DNA from: an uncultured Pelagibacteraceae bacterium
GTDB taxonomy: Bacteria > Pseudomonadota > Alphaproteobacteria > Pelagibacterales > Pelagibacteraceae
Assembly (NCBI GenBank): GCA_902594705.1
Contig: CACJNI010000006.1
Coordinates: forward strand, 4,781-68,780
Direction of reading: 5' to 3'
Length of the DNA stretch: 64,000 nt
Within the stretch, counting starts at the first letter, position 1; each line of letters opens with the position of its first letter. Made by a program: the position numbers and the translations under genes. Below are positions 9,768 to 20,042 of this stretch, piece by piece. The notes under the pieces were generated by a model that worked only from the letters and a program-made list of their open reading frames with translations, was not told where the DNA came from and ran no database searches.

Positions 9768-12449
9768 GTGATCAAAAGAGACTTATATTATGAAAGAATT
9801 CCTACAAAATCTTTAAGAGAGGATGTTAGGTTTTTAGGAAATTCATTAGGAAATGTAATTAAAGAACAAGAAGGTAAAAGCTTTTATAATCTTGTTGAGA
9901 AAATTAGAAAGTTATCAAAAGCAAATAAAATCCAAAAAAGATCATATAAAAAAATTTCTAGTGAAATAAAAAGTATTAATCCTAAAAATACTTACAAGCT
10001 TGCAAGAGCATTTAATCATTTTATGAATTTTATAAATCTAGCTGAGTCTATTGATGCATCTAGACAACTAAACCAATATGAAAATAAAAGAGACGGCAAA
10101 AATCAAAAAAATATTTTTATAGAAGAAATTTTTGAGAAATTATTTAAAAATAAAAAAATTAATAATAATAAAATATATAGTTTTGCAAAAAATTTAAATA
10201 TTGGAATAGTTTTGACAGCTCATCCAACAGAGGTCAAAAGAAGAACTTTAATTCAAAAATACCATAAAATTACAGAAATACTTGAGGATAGAGAGTTATT
10301 TAAAGATCACTCTTCAAAAATAAAATCTTTAAATAAAAAAATTCATGATGAATTTACCATTATCTGGAATACAGATGACTTAAAAAGATCAAAACCGTCT
10401 CCAGCCGATGAAGCGCGATGGGGTCTTGCAATAATAGAGGATAGTCTTTGGGAAACTATTCCAAAAGTCTACAGGAGACTTAATGAGATATTTTTGAAAA
10501 ATATGGGTAAAGGTTTGCCAAAAAATTTTAATCCTATTGAGTTTGGATCATGGATGGGTGGTGATAGAGATGGAAATCCAAATGTAACTTCAAAAGTAAC
10601 AAAAGAAGTTTTGTTATTATCAAGATGGGAAGCGGCAAAATTGTATGAAAAAGAACTTACCAAATTAATTAGATCATATTCAATGAAAAAGTGTTCAAAA
10701 AAAATTCAAAAACTTACAGGAAAATCATTTGAACCTTACAGAGTTTTCTTAAGACCTTTAAGAGATAAAATGCGATTTACTCATCGAGCAATTGAACAGT
10801 TTATAGTGAACAAAAAACCTTTAGACTATAACAAATTGCTAAACTCAAAAGAAGAAATTTTAAAACCCCTTAGAATTGTCCGTGAATCTTTAGAGGAAAA
10901 TCAAAGTGAAAATATCGCAAGCGGTGAATTATTAGACTTAATGAGAAGAGCAAAATGTTTTGGAATTAATTTAGCAAAACTAGATATTAGACAAGAATCA
11001 TCTAGACACTCACAATTAATTAATGAACTTGTTCAGAAAAAAAATAAACACAATTATTTAAAATGGAGTGAGGAGGAAAAAATTAAATTTTTATCATCTA
11101 AGATGAAAAAAAAATCCAATTTCATCAAAAATTTTAATTTTAAAAATAAAGAAAACAAAGAAGTTTGGTCAACATTTAAAATTTTATCTGAAGAGCCACC
11201 TGAATGTTTGGGGGCTTATGTTATTTCAATGACATCATCTGCATCTGACATTCTCTCTGTTTTATATTTGCAAAAAGAAGCAAATATTAAGAATAGATTA
11301 AGAGTTGTCCCATTATTTGAAACATTAGATGACTTAATTAATGCAAAATCAATAATGGCCAGCTTGTTTTCATTAAAGTGGTACAGAGATTTAATAAAAA
11401 ATAAACAAGAAGTCATGATTGGATATTCAGACTCAAGCAAAGATGCTGGAAAAATTTGCGCAAGTTGGCATCAATATAAGGCTCAAGAAGAAATTATTAA
11501 AATTGCTAAAAAATATAAAATAGATGTTACCTTCTTTCATGGAAGAGGTGGTTCAGCAGGTAGAGGTGGAGGCCCAATTCAAGCTACTTTAAAATCTCAG
11601 CCGCCAAATACAGTTAATGGAAAAATTAGAATAACCGATCAAGGAGAAGTAATTCAACAGAAATATGGATATCAACCTTTAGCAATTTACAATTTATGTA
11701 GCTATATAGGAGCAGTAATGGAGGCAACATTAACACCACCTCCAGTCCCTAAAAAAGATTGGAGGAATCTAATTGAAAAAATGTCTGATATTTCAAAAAG
11801 TTCATATAGAAAAAATATTAATCAAAGTTCAGATTTTATTAAATATTTTAAAACCGTTACGCCACATGTGTCTTTAGGAAAACTTTCAATTGGATCAAGA
11901 CCGTCTAAAAGAAAGAATATTGATAATATCAAAGGTTTAAGAGCAATACCCTGGGTATTTGCATGGACACAAATAAGACTAATGCTCCCAGCATGGCTTG
12001 GAAGTGCAGAAGCTTTAAGATATTCATCGATAGAAAAATTTGAGAAAACACTAATAGATATGGAAAAAAATTGGCCTTTCTTCAATTCAATGATGGATAT
12101 CTTGGATATGGTAATTTCAAAAGTGGACCCAGATATTTCAAAAATATATGAGGAGTATTTAGCAGACAAAGATTTAAAAAGAGTTGGAAAAAAACTTAGG
12201 TTCCAATTCGAAGTTATTAAGAAATTAAATAAAAAGATTACGCCAAAAGAAATTATAAATGAAAGAAAAAAATTTAGATCAGGAGTTATTGTAAGAAATA
12301 TTTACACAGAGGTTTTAAATATAATTCAAGCAGTAGTTATGAATAAAATTAAAAACAAAAAATTAAATTCAGATAAAAAAAATGATCTTAATGATGCATT
12401 ATTAACATCTATTGCAGGTATTTCAGCTGCAATGAAAAATACTGGTTAA
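9768..12449 (+). CDS. ppc: Phosphoenolpyruvate carboxylase
   Basis: VLTAHPTE, GYSDSSKDAG and FHGRGGSAGRGGGP signatures plus the C-terminal ...AAMKNTG ending. 893 aa. Apparent GTG start. Confidence 0.95.
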   Translation: MIKRDLYYERIPTKSLREDVRFLGNSLGNVIKEQEGKSFYNLVEKIRKLSKANKIQKRSYKKISSEIKSINPKNTYKLARAFNHFMNFINLAESIDASRQLNQYENKRDGKNQKNIFIEEIFEKLFKNKKINNNKIYSFAKNLNIGIVLTAHPTEVKRRTLIQKYHKITEILEDRELFKDHSSKIKSLNKKIHDEFTIIWNTDDLKRSKPSPADEARWGLAIIEDSLWETIPKVYRRLNEIFLKNMGKGLPKNFNPIEFGSWMGGDRDGNPNVTSKVTKEVLLLSRWEAAKLYEKELTKLIRSYSMKKCSKKIQKLTGKSFEPYRVFLRPLRDKMRFTHRAIEQFIVNKKPLDYNKLLNSKEEILKPLRIVRESLEENQSENIASGELLDLMRRAKCFGINLAKLDIRQESSRHSQLINELVQKKNKHNYLKWSEEEKIKFLSSKMKKKSNFIKNFNFKNKENKEVWSTFKILSEEPPECLGAYVISMTSSASDILSVLYLQKEANIKNRLRVVPLFETLDDLINAKSIMASLFSLKWYRDLIKNKQEVMIGYSDSSKDAGKICASWHQYKAQEEIIKIAKKYKIDVTFFHGRGGSAGRGGGPIQATLKSQPPNTVNGKIRITDQGEVIQQKYGYQPLAIYNLCSYIGAVMEATLTPPPVPKKDWRNLIEKMSDISKSSYRKNINQSSDFIKYFKTVTPHVSLGKLSIGSRPSKRKNIDNIKGLRAIPWVFAWTQIRLMLPAWLGSAEALRYSSIEKFEKTLIDMEKNWPFFNSMMDILDMVISKVDPDISKIYEEYLADKDLKRVGKKLRFQFEVIKKLNKKITPKEIINERKKFRSGVIVRNIYTEVLNIIQAVVMNKIKNKKLNSDKKNDLNDALLTSIAGISAAMKNTG

Positions 12450-13157
12450 ATGATAGAATTATTTGTTGCATTTGGAGCTGGATTGATAAGCTTTTTATCT
12501 CCATGTGTACTTCCATTAATACCTGGATATATATCTTATATTTCTGGAAGCTCTTTAAATGAGTTATTAGAAAAAAAAACAATTAATATATTCCCTATAG
12601 TTTTATTTACTTTTGGTTTTTCCATTGTTTTTATAAGCTTTGGAGCTACCGCAACTTTTTTAGGTTCTTTAATTTTAAGTAACTCTTTTGAATTAAGAAT
12701 TATTGCAGGAAGTATAATAATCATTTTCTCCCTTCATATTATGGGATTAATTAATATTAAGTTTTTAAATTATGAAAAAAGAATTAATACTGAGATTAAA
12801 TCAGGAAATTTTAGCTCAATATTAGTTGGTATGGCATTTGGATTTGGATGGACTCCATGTATTGGACCTATTTTGGGATCAATATTAGCTTTAGCTTCAA
12901 TTGAGCAAAGTTTGAACCGAGGCATATTGTTACTTGTGTTCTATTCACTTGGTTTAGCACTACCATTTATTGCATCAGGTTATTTGATTCAACGTTTTAT
13001 GGTTGTTACAAAAAATCTAAAATCAAAAATGATAACTATTTCAAGAATTGGTGGAGGATTATTATTGATAACAGGAATATTAATGATTACAAACCAGTTG
13101 CAAGCTTTAGGATTTTACATATTAAAGTATTTTCCTTTACTTCAGAAACTTGGATAA
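12450..13157 (+). CDS. ccdA: Cytochrome c biogenesis thiol-disulfide transporter, CcdA/DsbD-beta family
   Basis: Six-TM protein with SPCVLPLIPGYISYI and GWTPCIGPILGSIL, the two conserved Cys motifs. ATG immediately follows the ppc stop. Confidence 0.85.
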   Translation: MIELFVAFGAGLISFLSPCVLPLIPGYISYISGSSLNELLEKKTINIFPIVLFTFGFSIVFISFGATATFLGSLILSNSFELRIIAGSIIIIFSLHIMGLINIKFLNYEKRINTEIKSGNFSSILVGMAFGFGWTPCIGPILGSILALASIEQSLNRGILLLVFYSLGLALPFIASGYLIQRFMVVTKNLKSKMITISRIGGGLLLITGILMITNQLQALGFYILKYFPLLQKLG

Positions 13158-13159
13158 AA

Positions 13160-13747
13160 ATGAAAATATACCAAATCGATTGCAGCGCTAGAAAAGAGGG
13201 TTCTACATCAAGGATGCTTGCAAAAAAAATACTTGATAAAGTTAAAAAAGATGATGATGAAGTCATTTATAGAGATCTAGATGACGAAATGCTTTTTATA
13301 TCTGGTTTAACTGAGTCTGGAATGAAAATTCCAGAAAATGAGCAAACAGATGAACATAAAAAAATGTTTGAATTGTCTGATAAGTTAGTATCAGAGTTAA
13401 AAGAATGTGATGTAATTATTATATCAGTGCCAATTTATAATTTTGGCCCACCAGCAACACTTAAAGCTTGGGCTGATCTTGCAGCCAGAGTAAAATTGAC
13501 ATTTAAATATGGGGATGACGGAAGAAGAAAAGGTTTATTAGAAGATAAGCAGGTCTATTTGGTAATTACTTCTGGTGGAACAAAAATACAAGGTGAAGAA
13601 GACTTTTTAACTCCGTGGTTGATACATATGTTAAATTTTTTTGGTATTAAAAAAATCGATATAGTTGCAGCAGATCAAATGGCTTTAGATTATGAAAAGT
13701 CGATAAAAAACGCTGAAGAAAAAATAAAAGAATTATTTAAAGATTAA
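13160..13747 (+). CDS. azoR: FMN-dependent NADH-azoreductase / flavodoxin-like-fold quinone reductase
   Basis: 195 aa. SxR..GSxS N-terminus and PIYNFGPPATLKAW motif characteristic of AzoR/AcpD. Confidence 0.7.
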   Translation: MKIYQIDCSARKEGSTSRMLAKKILDKVKKDDDEVIYRDLDDEMLFISGLTESGMKIPENEQTDEHKKMFELSDKLVSELKECDVIIISVPIYNFGPPATLKAWADLAARVKLTFKYGDDGRRKGLLEDKQVYLVITSGGTKIQGEEDFLTPWLIHMLNFFGIKKIDIVAADQMALDYEKSIKNAEEKIKELFKD

Positions 13748-14840
13748 ATTTTCTTTTTAAATGTCTAAGTTTACCTTCTGTACTGTCGAAATCAATGTAG
13801 CATCCTTGTAAATATCTATCACCTTCGTTAACATCATACTTTGTTCTTCCATGAAGTAATCTATGATTGTCCATCATTAATAAATCTCCAGTTTCTAATT
13901 TAAATTCAACTTTATATTTATCAGAGTTATATAATTCAGAAATTTTATTTCTAGCTTTATAGAATAAATCCAATTTTGATTTTTCTAATATTGGAGCATA
14001 ATCTAATCTTGGACTAAATCTAACTTGTTTAAAATTATTTTTTTCATCCAATTTAATTAACTCAGACATATCTTCTAGAACAACTGTATTGTCTATAAAT
14101 TTAAATTTTACTTTAACTGAAGATAAAATTTCATAATATTCTGGATAATCCTCTTTGATTTTTTCACTTACTGTGTAACCATCAACCAAGGTAGAATTTC
14201 CTCCACTCACATTATTTGTAATACAATGCAATAATTGAACACAAGGAACTGGTTTTCTATACGGATTATCTGTATGTGGAGATAATGCTAATGATGTATA
14301 AGCTAAATCATTTGGATTAGGCACAGATCTTACATTAAAAAATTCCCCAAAATTAGTTCTTCTTACACTGCCAATTGAATTTGCAAATTTAATAATAAAA
14401 TTATCTTCAGTTGTAACATTAGTTAAAACTACAAAACCATATTTATAGAATGATACTAATAAATCATACATGATTTTTTTTTCAAAAATATCATTTTCAA
14501 ATTTAAATTTTTGAAAATTATTAAAATTTGAATCCCATTTAATTTTATCAATTGAAATAGGATCAAGATTTTGCGATTTATACTCATTTAATATTTGATC
14601 TTCTTTTATTTTATAATTGGTTCCATCATTGAAAAATAAATTAAGTAATCCATCTTCATTCTCAATTTTTTCTATATCAATGTTAGTATTTATAGAATTT
14701 GGATCAAATAATCTTTGTTGATTTCCTTTATCCAGAGCATCTTCGTTATTTATTCTTTCTCTAAGCCAAAATGGATGTATTTCTTCTTTATTATTTCCAC
14801 TATTTATAAATACTTTTTTAGAATCGATTTCTATTTTCAT
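13737..14840 (-). CDS. Gamma-butyrobetaine dioxygenase-like Fe(II)/2-oxoglutarate oxygenase (TauD/TfdA superfamily with N-terminal DUF971-like domain)
   Basis: H-x-D facial-triad motif SPHTDNPY and distal NHRLLHGRT. N-terminal HPFWLRER aligns to the (F/V)WLRDxCxC region of BBOX, but the zinc cysteines are absent. Confidence 0.7.
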   Translation of the reverse strand: MKIEIDSKKVFINSGNNKEEIHPFWLRERINNEDALDKGNQQRLFDPNSINTNIDIEKIENEDGLLNLFFNDGTNYKIKEDQILNEYKSQNLDPISIDKIKWDSNFNNFQKFKFENDIFEKKIMYDLLVSFYKYGFVVLTNVTTEDNFIIKFANSIGSVRRTNFGEFFNVRSVPNPNDLAYTSLALSPHTDNPYRKPVPCVQLLHCITNNVSGGNSTLVDGYTVSEKIKEDYPEYYEILSSVKVKFKFIDNTVVLEDMSELIKLDEKNNFKQVRFSPRLDYAPILEKSKLDLFYKARNKISELYNSDKYKVEFKLETGDLLMMDNHRLLHGRTKYDVNEGDRYLQGCYIDFDSTEGKLRHLKRKFNL

Positions 14841-14927
14841 CTATCTAGATTCTTCTATCAAATTCTAAAATTTTCAAGATATTTTATTTGAACTAGTTGT
14901 ATATTTTAACTATTACTCATCAGATAA

Positions 14928-15731
14928 ATGACCTTCAAAAAAACAAAAGATTTCAAGATTTATTACACCTTTTTGAATAAGCTTGCTAAGGATTTAACTA
15001 ATTTTTATTATACTAAACTTAACAAAACTTTTACAATTAATAACAAGTTAAAAGGTAAAGGTTATGATCCCGTTACCAGTGCTGATAAAGCTTTTGAAAA
15101 ATTTATAAGAAAAAAGATTAATGATAAGTTCCCAGATCATCAAATTATCGGTGAAGAGTTTGGTGCAAAAAAAACAAAAAGTCTATTTTCATGGATAATT
15201 GACCCAATTGATGGGACAAGATCATTTGTCGCTGGAAATCCTACATGGAGCAATTTAATTTCTCTAAATTATAACGACGCCCCTATAGTTGGTTTAGCAA
15301 ATTTTCCAAGAATGAAAAGATACTATTTAAATCAAGATGATAAATCTGCTTTTGTGTTTGAAAATGGAAGAAAAAGAAAATTAAAAGTAAACAAAAAAAT
15401 AAAATTTGATTATTTGAAAGTAGCTGCTGCTTTTCACGGAACTTTATCTTTTCAGAAACAAAAAAAAATAATGAAATTTATCAAGAGAATGCAGTTTCCA
15501 TGTTTTGATGCACTAACATATTGCCAATTAGCAGAGGGAAGACTAGATATTGTAGCTCAATGTGCAAACAAAATTTGGGATATACATCCGATAATACCAA
15601 TTATTAAAGCATCAGGCGGAATAATTACTACATGGGATAATAAAGATGCTTCATTAGGTGGAAACATAATTGTTTCAAATAATTTATCAAATCATAAAAA
15701 AATTTTAAAATTAATAAAACCAGCTACATGA
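14928..15731 (+). CDS. Inositol monophosphatase family protein (possibly HisN-type histidinol-phosphatase)
   Basis: IIGEEFG, WIIDPIDGTRSF and WDIHP motifs. Confidence 0.8.
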   Translation: MTFKKTKDFKIYYTFLNKLAKDLTNFYYTKLNKTFTINNKLKGKGYDPVTSADKAFEKFIRKKINDKFPDHQIIGEEFGAKKTKSLFSWIIDPIDGTRSFVAGNPTWSNLISLNYNDAPIVGLANFPRMKRYYLNQDDKSAFVFENGRKRKLKVNKKIKFDYLKVAAAFHGTLSFQKQKKIMKFIKRMQFPCFDALTYCQLAEGRLDIVAQCANKIWDIHPIIPIIKASGGIITTWDNKDASLGGNIIVSNNLSNHKKILKLIKPAT

Positions 15732-16453
15732 AAAATATAATCGTTCTTCAACACATTAAAATTGAGGATCCTGGTTATATTAAAGATTTAATGTTAAAGG
15801 ATAAAGTTCATATTAAAACTGTAGAACTTGACGAAGGAGAAAAAATACCTGATGATTTAACTGGATTTGATGCAATGTTTTGTATGGGCGGACCAATGGA
15901 TACTTGGATGGAAAAAGATTACCCTTGGTTAATAGAAGAGAAAAAAAAAATCAAAGAATTTGTAGTAGATTTAAATAAACCATATTTGGGTTTTTGTTTA
16001 GGTTGTCAATTATTAGGAGAGGTAGTTGGAGGTAAAGTAGTTAAATCAAAAAATCCAGAGATAGGTATTTTAGATATTAATTTTTTAAATAGTAAAAAGG
16101 ACGATTTATTATTTAAAGAATATCCTGATATTATCAAATCACTCCAATGGCATTCATATGAAGTTCAAAATCTAGAAAATAATAATGATATAACTCTTTT
16201 AGCATCATCTCCTGAAACGAAATACCAAATTTTTAAATATAAAAAACATGCTTACGGTATTCAATTTCATATAGAGATAAAAGATACCACTGTAGGAGAA
16301 TGGGGATGTGTGCCTGAATATAAGTCTGCTTTAGAGAGTCAGTTAGGACAAGGAGCTCTTGATAAATTTGATAGTGATGCGAAAGACAACATTCAATCTA
16401 TGAACAAATATTCTAAAATTCTTTACGAAAACTTCAAAAAAATAGTGAATTAA
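15728..16453 (+). CDS. Class-I glutamine amidotransferase-like protein
   Basis: Nucleophile elbow GFCLGCQLL and the His-Glu pair in QFHIE. ATGA overlap with the upstream gene. Confidence 0.75.
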   Translation: MKNIIVLQHIKIEDPGYIKDLMLKDKVHIKTVELDEGEKIPDDLTGFDAMFCMGGPMDTWMEKDYPWLIEEKKKIKEFVVDLNKPYLGFCLGCQLLGEVVGGKVVKSKNPEIGILDINFLNSKKDDLLFKEYPDIIKSLQWHSYEVQNLENNNDITLLASSPETKYQIFKYKKHAYGIQFHIEIKDTTVGEWGCVPEYKSALESQLGQGALDKFDSDAKDNIQSMNKYSKILYENFKKIVN

Positions 16454-16514
16454 ATCACTTTAGTTTACATAATTAATAAGTTAGATTTTTATTTTAATAA
16501 TATAGGAGAGAGAA

Positions 16515-18077
16515 ATGAAGTATGGGTATTTTATAAAAATTTTATTGGCTTTTTTTCTAGCTTTTGCTCCAACACAAGCGTTTGCAAAAACTATTAAATG
16601 GTCAATGCAGGGTGATAGTTTAACACTTGATCCTCATGCTCAAAACGAAGGTCCTACCACTCAAGTATCTAGACAAGTATACGAAGCTCTAGTTACCAGA
16701 GGATTAGATATGAAAATTGGACCTCAACTAGCAACAGAGTGGAGAACTCAAGGTCCTAATACTTGGATCTTTAAATTAAGAGAAGATGTTAAATTTTCTG
16801 ATGGAACTCCATTTACATCTGAAGACGTTGTATTTAGTATTTTAAGAGCAAAACAAAGAACATCTGATTTTAAAGAATATATTAGTACAGTATCAGGTGT
16901 AAAAGCAGTTAATGACTACACAGTAGAAATTACAACAAGTAAACCAAATCCAATTCTTTTAAACCAACTTTCAAACATTTTTATAATGTCAAAAAAATGG
17001 AGTGAAAAGAATTTTGCAGTCATGGCGCAGAACTGGGATGCTGGACAAGAAACATTTTCAGCTACAAATGCTATGGGAACTGGACCATTTAAAATTACAT
17101 TAAGAGAACCAAATACTAAAACAGTTTTCAAACGTAATAAAAAATGGTGGGGTACTATGAAAGATGACAAAGTAACAGAAATTCATCTACTACCTATAAA
17201 AAATGCAGCTACTAGAGTTGCAGCTCTTTTATCTGGTGAAATTGATGTTGTTACTGATGCACCTGTGCAAGATTTAGCTAGAATTAAAAATTCACCTGCT
17301 CACAAAGTTGAAAGCACTGCTCAAATGAGAACTATATTCCTTGGTATGGATCAGGGAGCCGATAAACTTAGAACAGGTAATACAGGTGATAATCCATTCA
17401 AAAAGAAAGCAGTTAGACAAGCTCTTTATCAAGCTATAGATATTGAAGCTATTAAGAAAAAAGTAATGAGAGGTTTAAGTGAACCTGCTGGAATAATTAC
17501 TTTTCCAGGTGTTAATGGATACACAGAAGAACTTGATAAAAGACTTCCTTATGATGTAGCTGCTGCAAAAAAACTTCTAGCTGATGCTGGATATCCGAAT
17601 GGATTTGAAGTTGAGCTTAGATGTCCAAATGACAGATATGTAAATGATGAAGCTATATGCACAGCTGTTGTTGGTATGTTAGGTAAAATCGGTGTTAAAG
17701 TAAATTTATTTGCCCAAACAAAAAGTAAGCACTTTAAAGAACTAAAAGATAATCAAGGTGACTTTTATATGTTAGGTTGGGGAGTTCCAACTTTAGATAG
17801 TCATTATGTTTTCCATTACTTATATGAAAGTGGAGCAAGCTGGAACAGAGTTAACTTTAGTAACTCTGATGTAGATGCTGCGATAAGAGTTATGGAAGGT
17901 GAAGTTAACCTAGATAAGAGAAATGCTGCAATAGCTGAAGCTTGGAAAATAGTAAAAGATGATATTTCTTATCTTCCTTTACATCACCAAGTTATATCTT
18001 GGGCTGCAAAAAAAGATGTTAATGTTCCGATAAGACCGAATAACGAGCCGTTGTTCCGTTTTGCGAGCTTTGACTAA
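16515..18077 (+). CDS. ABC transporter substrate-binding protein, family 5 (peptide/nickel/opine type)
   Basis: Signal peptide, 520 aa, family-5 pattern (FKLREDVKFSDGTPFTSEDVVFS). SD AGGAGA upstream. Followed by two DppB/C-type permeases and a fused DppD/F ATPase. Confidence 0.85.
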   Translation: MKYGYFIKILLAFFLAFAPTQAFAKTIKWSMQGDSLTLDPHAQNEGPTTQVSRQVYEALVTRGLDMKIGPQLATEWRTQGPNTWIFKLREDVKFSDGTPFTSEDVVFSILRAKQRTSDFKEYISTVSGVKAVNDYTVEITTSKPNPILLNQLSNIFIMSKKWSEKNFAVMAQNWDAGQETFSATNAMGTGPFKITLREPNTKTVFKRNKKWWGTMKDDKVTEIHLLPIKNAATRVAALLSGEIDVVTDAPVQDLARIKNSPAHKVESTAQMRTIFLGMDQGADKLRTGNTGDNPFKKKAVRQALYQAIDIEAIKKKVMRGLSEPAGIITFPGVNGYTEELDKRLPYDVAAAKKLLADAGYPNGFEVELRCPNDRYVNDEAICTAVVGMLGKIGVKVNLFAQTKSKHFKELKDNQGDFYMLGWGVPTLDSHYVFHYLYESGASWNRVNFSNSDVDAAIRVMEGEVNLDKRNAAIAEAWKIVKDDISYLPLHHQVISWAAKKDVNVPIRPNNEPLFRFASFD

Positions 18078-18088
18078 ATAATTTATTA

Positions 18089-18114
18089 CAAGCCCTTTTT
18101 AATTAAAGGGCTTG
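18089..18114 (+). terminator. Intercistronic GC-containing hairpin after the family-5 SBP gene (attenuator or mRNA-stabiliser candidate)
   Basis: Perfect 10-bp stem CAAGCCCTTT / AAAGGGCTTG with a 6-nt loop. No U-tract follows, so it is not a classical terminator. Confidence 0.5.
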
Positions 18115-18136
18115 AATAAAAATAAAATTTCATAAA

Positions 18137-19120
18137 TTGATAAAGTATTTTTTTAAACGATTGTTTCAATCTGCAATGGTTATGCTTGTCGTAGCTTTTG
18201 TATCTTTTTCTCTTTTTAATTTTGTAGGAGACCCAATAAATAACATGGTGGGTGAGGAAACATCAGATGAAGAAAGAGCTGAGTTAAGAGAAACCTTGGG
18301 TTTGATGGACCCAATTCATGTACAATTTACCAGGTTTATAATTAATGCCTCAAAAGGAGAATTTGGAATATCTTATCAATTAAGAAGACCTGTATCAGAA
18401 TTAATCATTGAAAGATTACCGGCAACAATTGAATTAGTTTTAATATCTGCTCTAATTGCATTGGTTTCTGGTACTTTATTGGGAGTATATACAGGCATAA
18501 AAAGAAAAGGTTTTTTGAGTGATTTTATCTTAGCAGTTTCTTTATTAGGTGTTTCTCTTCCAACTTTTGTAATTGGTATTTTATTTATTTATCTTTTTGC
18601 AGTTATATTAGGCGTTCTACCATCGTTTGGAAGAGGTGAGGTGGTAGATCTAGGATTTTGGTCGACAGGCTTTTTAACCATATCAGGTTTAAAAGCAATT
18701 ATATTACCGTCAGTTACTTTAAGTCTTTTTCAAATGACTTATATAATCAGGCTCGTCAGAGCTGAAATGATGGAAATACTTCAGACTGATTACATAAAGT
18801 TTGCAAGAGCCAGAGGCATTAATGAAAAAAGCATTAATTATAAGCACGCACTTAAAAATGGACTAATTCCAGTAATAACTATTGCTGGTATAAATATTGG
18901 AACATTAATTGCATTTTCAATTATTACGGAAACAGTATTTCAATGGCCAGGTATGGGATTTCTTTTTATTCAAGCTGTTCAGTTTGTAGATATTCCAATT
19001 ATGTCAGCATATTTAGTATTTATAGCATTCGTTTTTGTAATGATAAATTTTATAGTCGATATCTTGTATTACTTTATAGATCCAAGAATTAGAGTTAAAG
19101 GAGATTCAGCTAGTGGATAA
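18137..19120 (+). CDS. ABC transporter permease (DppB/OppB-type)
   Basis: N-terminus (M)IKYFFKRLFQS typical of DppB, which needs the TTG start at 18137. EAA-type loop ...DYIKFARARGI. Confidence 0.85.
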   Translation: MIKYFFKRLFQSAMVMLVVAFVSFSLFNFVGDPINNMVGEETSDEERAELRETLGLMDPIHVQFTRFIINASKGEFGISYQLRRPVSELIIERLPATIELVLISALIALVSGTLLGVYTGIKRKGFLSDFILAVSLLGVSLPTFVIGILFIYLFAVILGVLPSFGRGEVVDLGFWSTGFLTISGLKAIILPSVTLSLFQMTYIIRLVRAEMMEILQTDYIKFARARGINEKSINYKHALKNGLIPVITIAGINIGTLIAFSIITETVFQWPGMGFLFIQAVQFVDIPIMSAYLVFIAFVFVMINFIVDILYYFIDPRIRVKGDSASG

Positions 19121-20042
19121 TAAAGCTTTAACAACTTGGGATAAAATAAAAGATAGTGAAATTTATTTTAGTTTTATAAAATCTCCTACAGCAATAGTTT
19201 CATCGATATTATTAGCAATAATATTTTTCTGTTCATTTTTTGTAGAATTTATTACACCTTATAATCCATTCGACCCATCTTCTTTATCTTTAATGGATGC
19301 ATTCACCCCACCATCTTGGACTAGCGAAGGAAAAGTAGAATTTTTACTTGGTACTGATGGACAAGGAAGAGATATGTTATCGACTATTCTTTATGGATCT
19401 AGAATATCTTTGATTGTTGGTTTCTCAGCAATTTTATTTAGTTTAATTTTAGGAGTTGGATTAGGTCTTACTGCTGGTTTTTTTGGTGGTAAGTATGAAA
19501 TGATTGTTATGAGATTAACTGATGTTCAGTTAACAGTTCCAAGTATTTTGATGGCACTTCTTGTTGATGGTATTGCTAGAGGTATAATTTCGCGTGAACT
19601 TCATGATGAGATGGCAATATATGTTTTAATTTTTGCAATTGGTATTTCAGAGTGGCCACAGTTTGCAAGAGTATCAAGAGCAGCAACTTTAGTTGAAAAA
19701 AATAAAGATTATGTCTCAGCATCAACAATTATTGGAGTTTCTAATTTTATAGTAATGTTTAAACATATTCTTCCAAATATTATGAGACCAGTACTTGTTA
19801 TAGGAACTATAGGTCTTGCATTAGCAATAATTGCAGAAGCCACATTGAGTTTTCTAGGTGTTGGCGTTCCTCCAACTACTCCTTCTTTAGGAACATTAAT
19901 AAGACTTGGAAATGACTTTTTATTTTCTGGTGAATGGTGGATAACTTTTTTTCCAGCAATATTCTTAGTTGTTTTGGCTTTTTCCATTAATCTATTAGGA
20001 GACTGGATGAGAGACACTCTTAATCCTAAATTGAAAAAATGA
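19113..20042 (+). CDS. ABC transporter permease (DppC/OppC-type)
   Basis: LGTDGQGRDMLS motif and EAA-like loop DYVSASTIIGVS. GTG start overlapping the upstream gene by 8 nt. Confidence 0.85.
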   Translation: MDNKALTTWDKIKDSEIYFSFIKSPTAIVSSILLAIIFFCSFFVEFITPYNPFDPSSLSLMDAFTPPSWTSEGKVEFLLGTDGQGRDMLSTILYGSRISLIVGFSAILFSLILGVGLGLTAGFFGGKYEMIVMRLTDVQLTVPSILMALLVDGIARGIISRELHDEMAIYVLIFAIGISEWPQFARVSRAATLVEKNKDYVSASTIIGVSNFIVMFKHILPNIMRPVLVIGTIGLALAIIAEATLSFLGVGVPPTTPSLGTLIRLGNDFLFSGEWWITFFPAIFLVVLAFSINLLGDWMRDTLNPKLKK

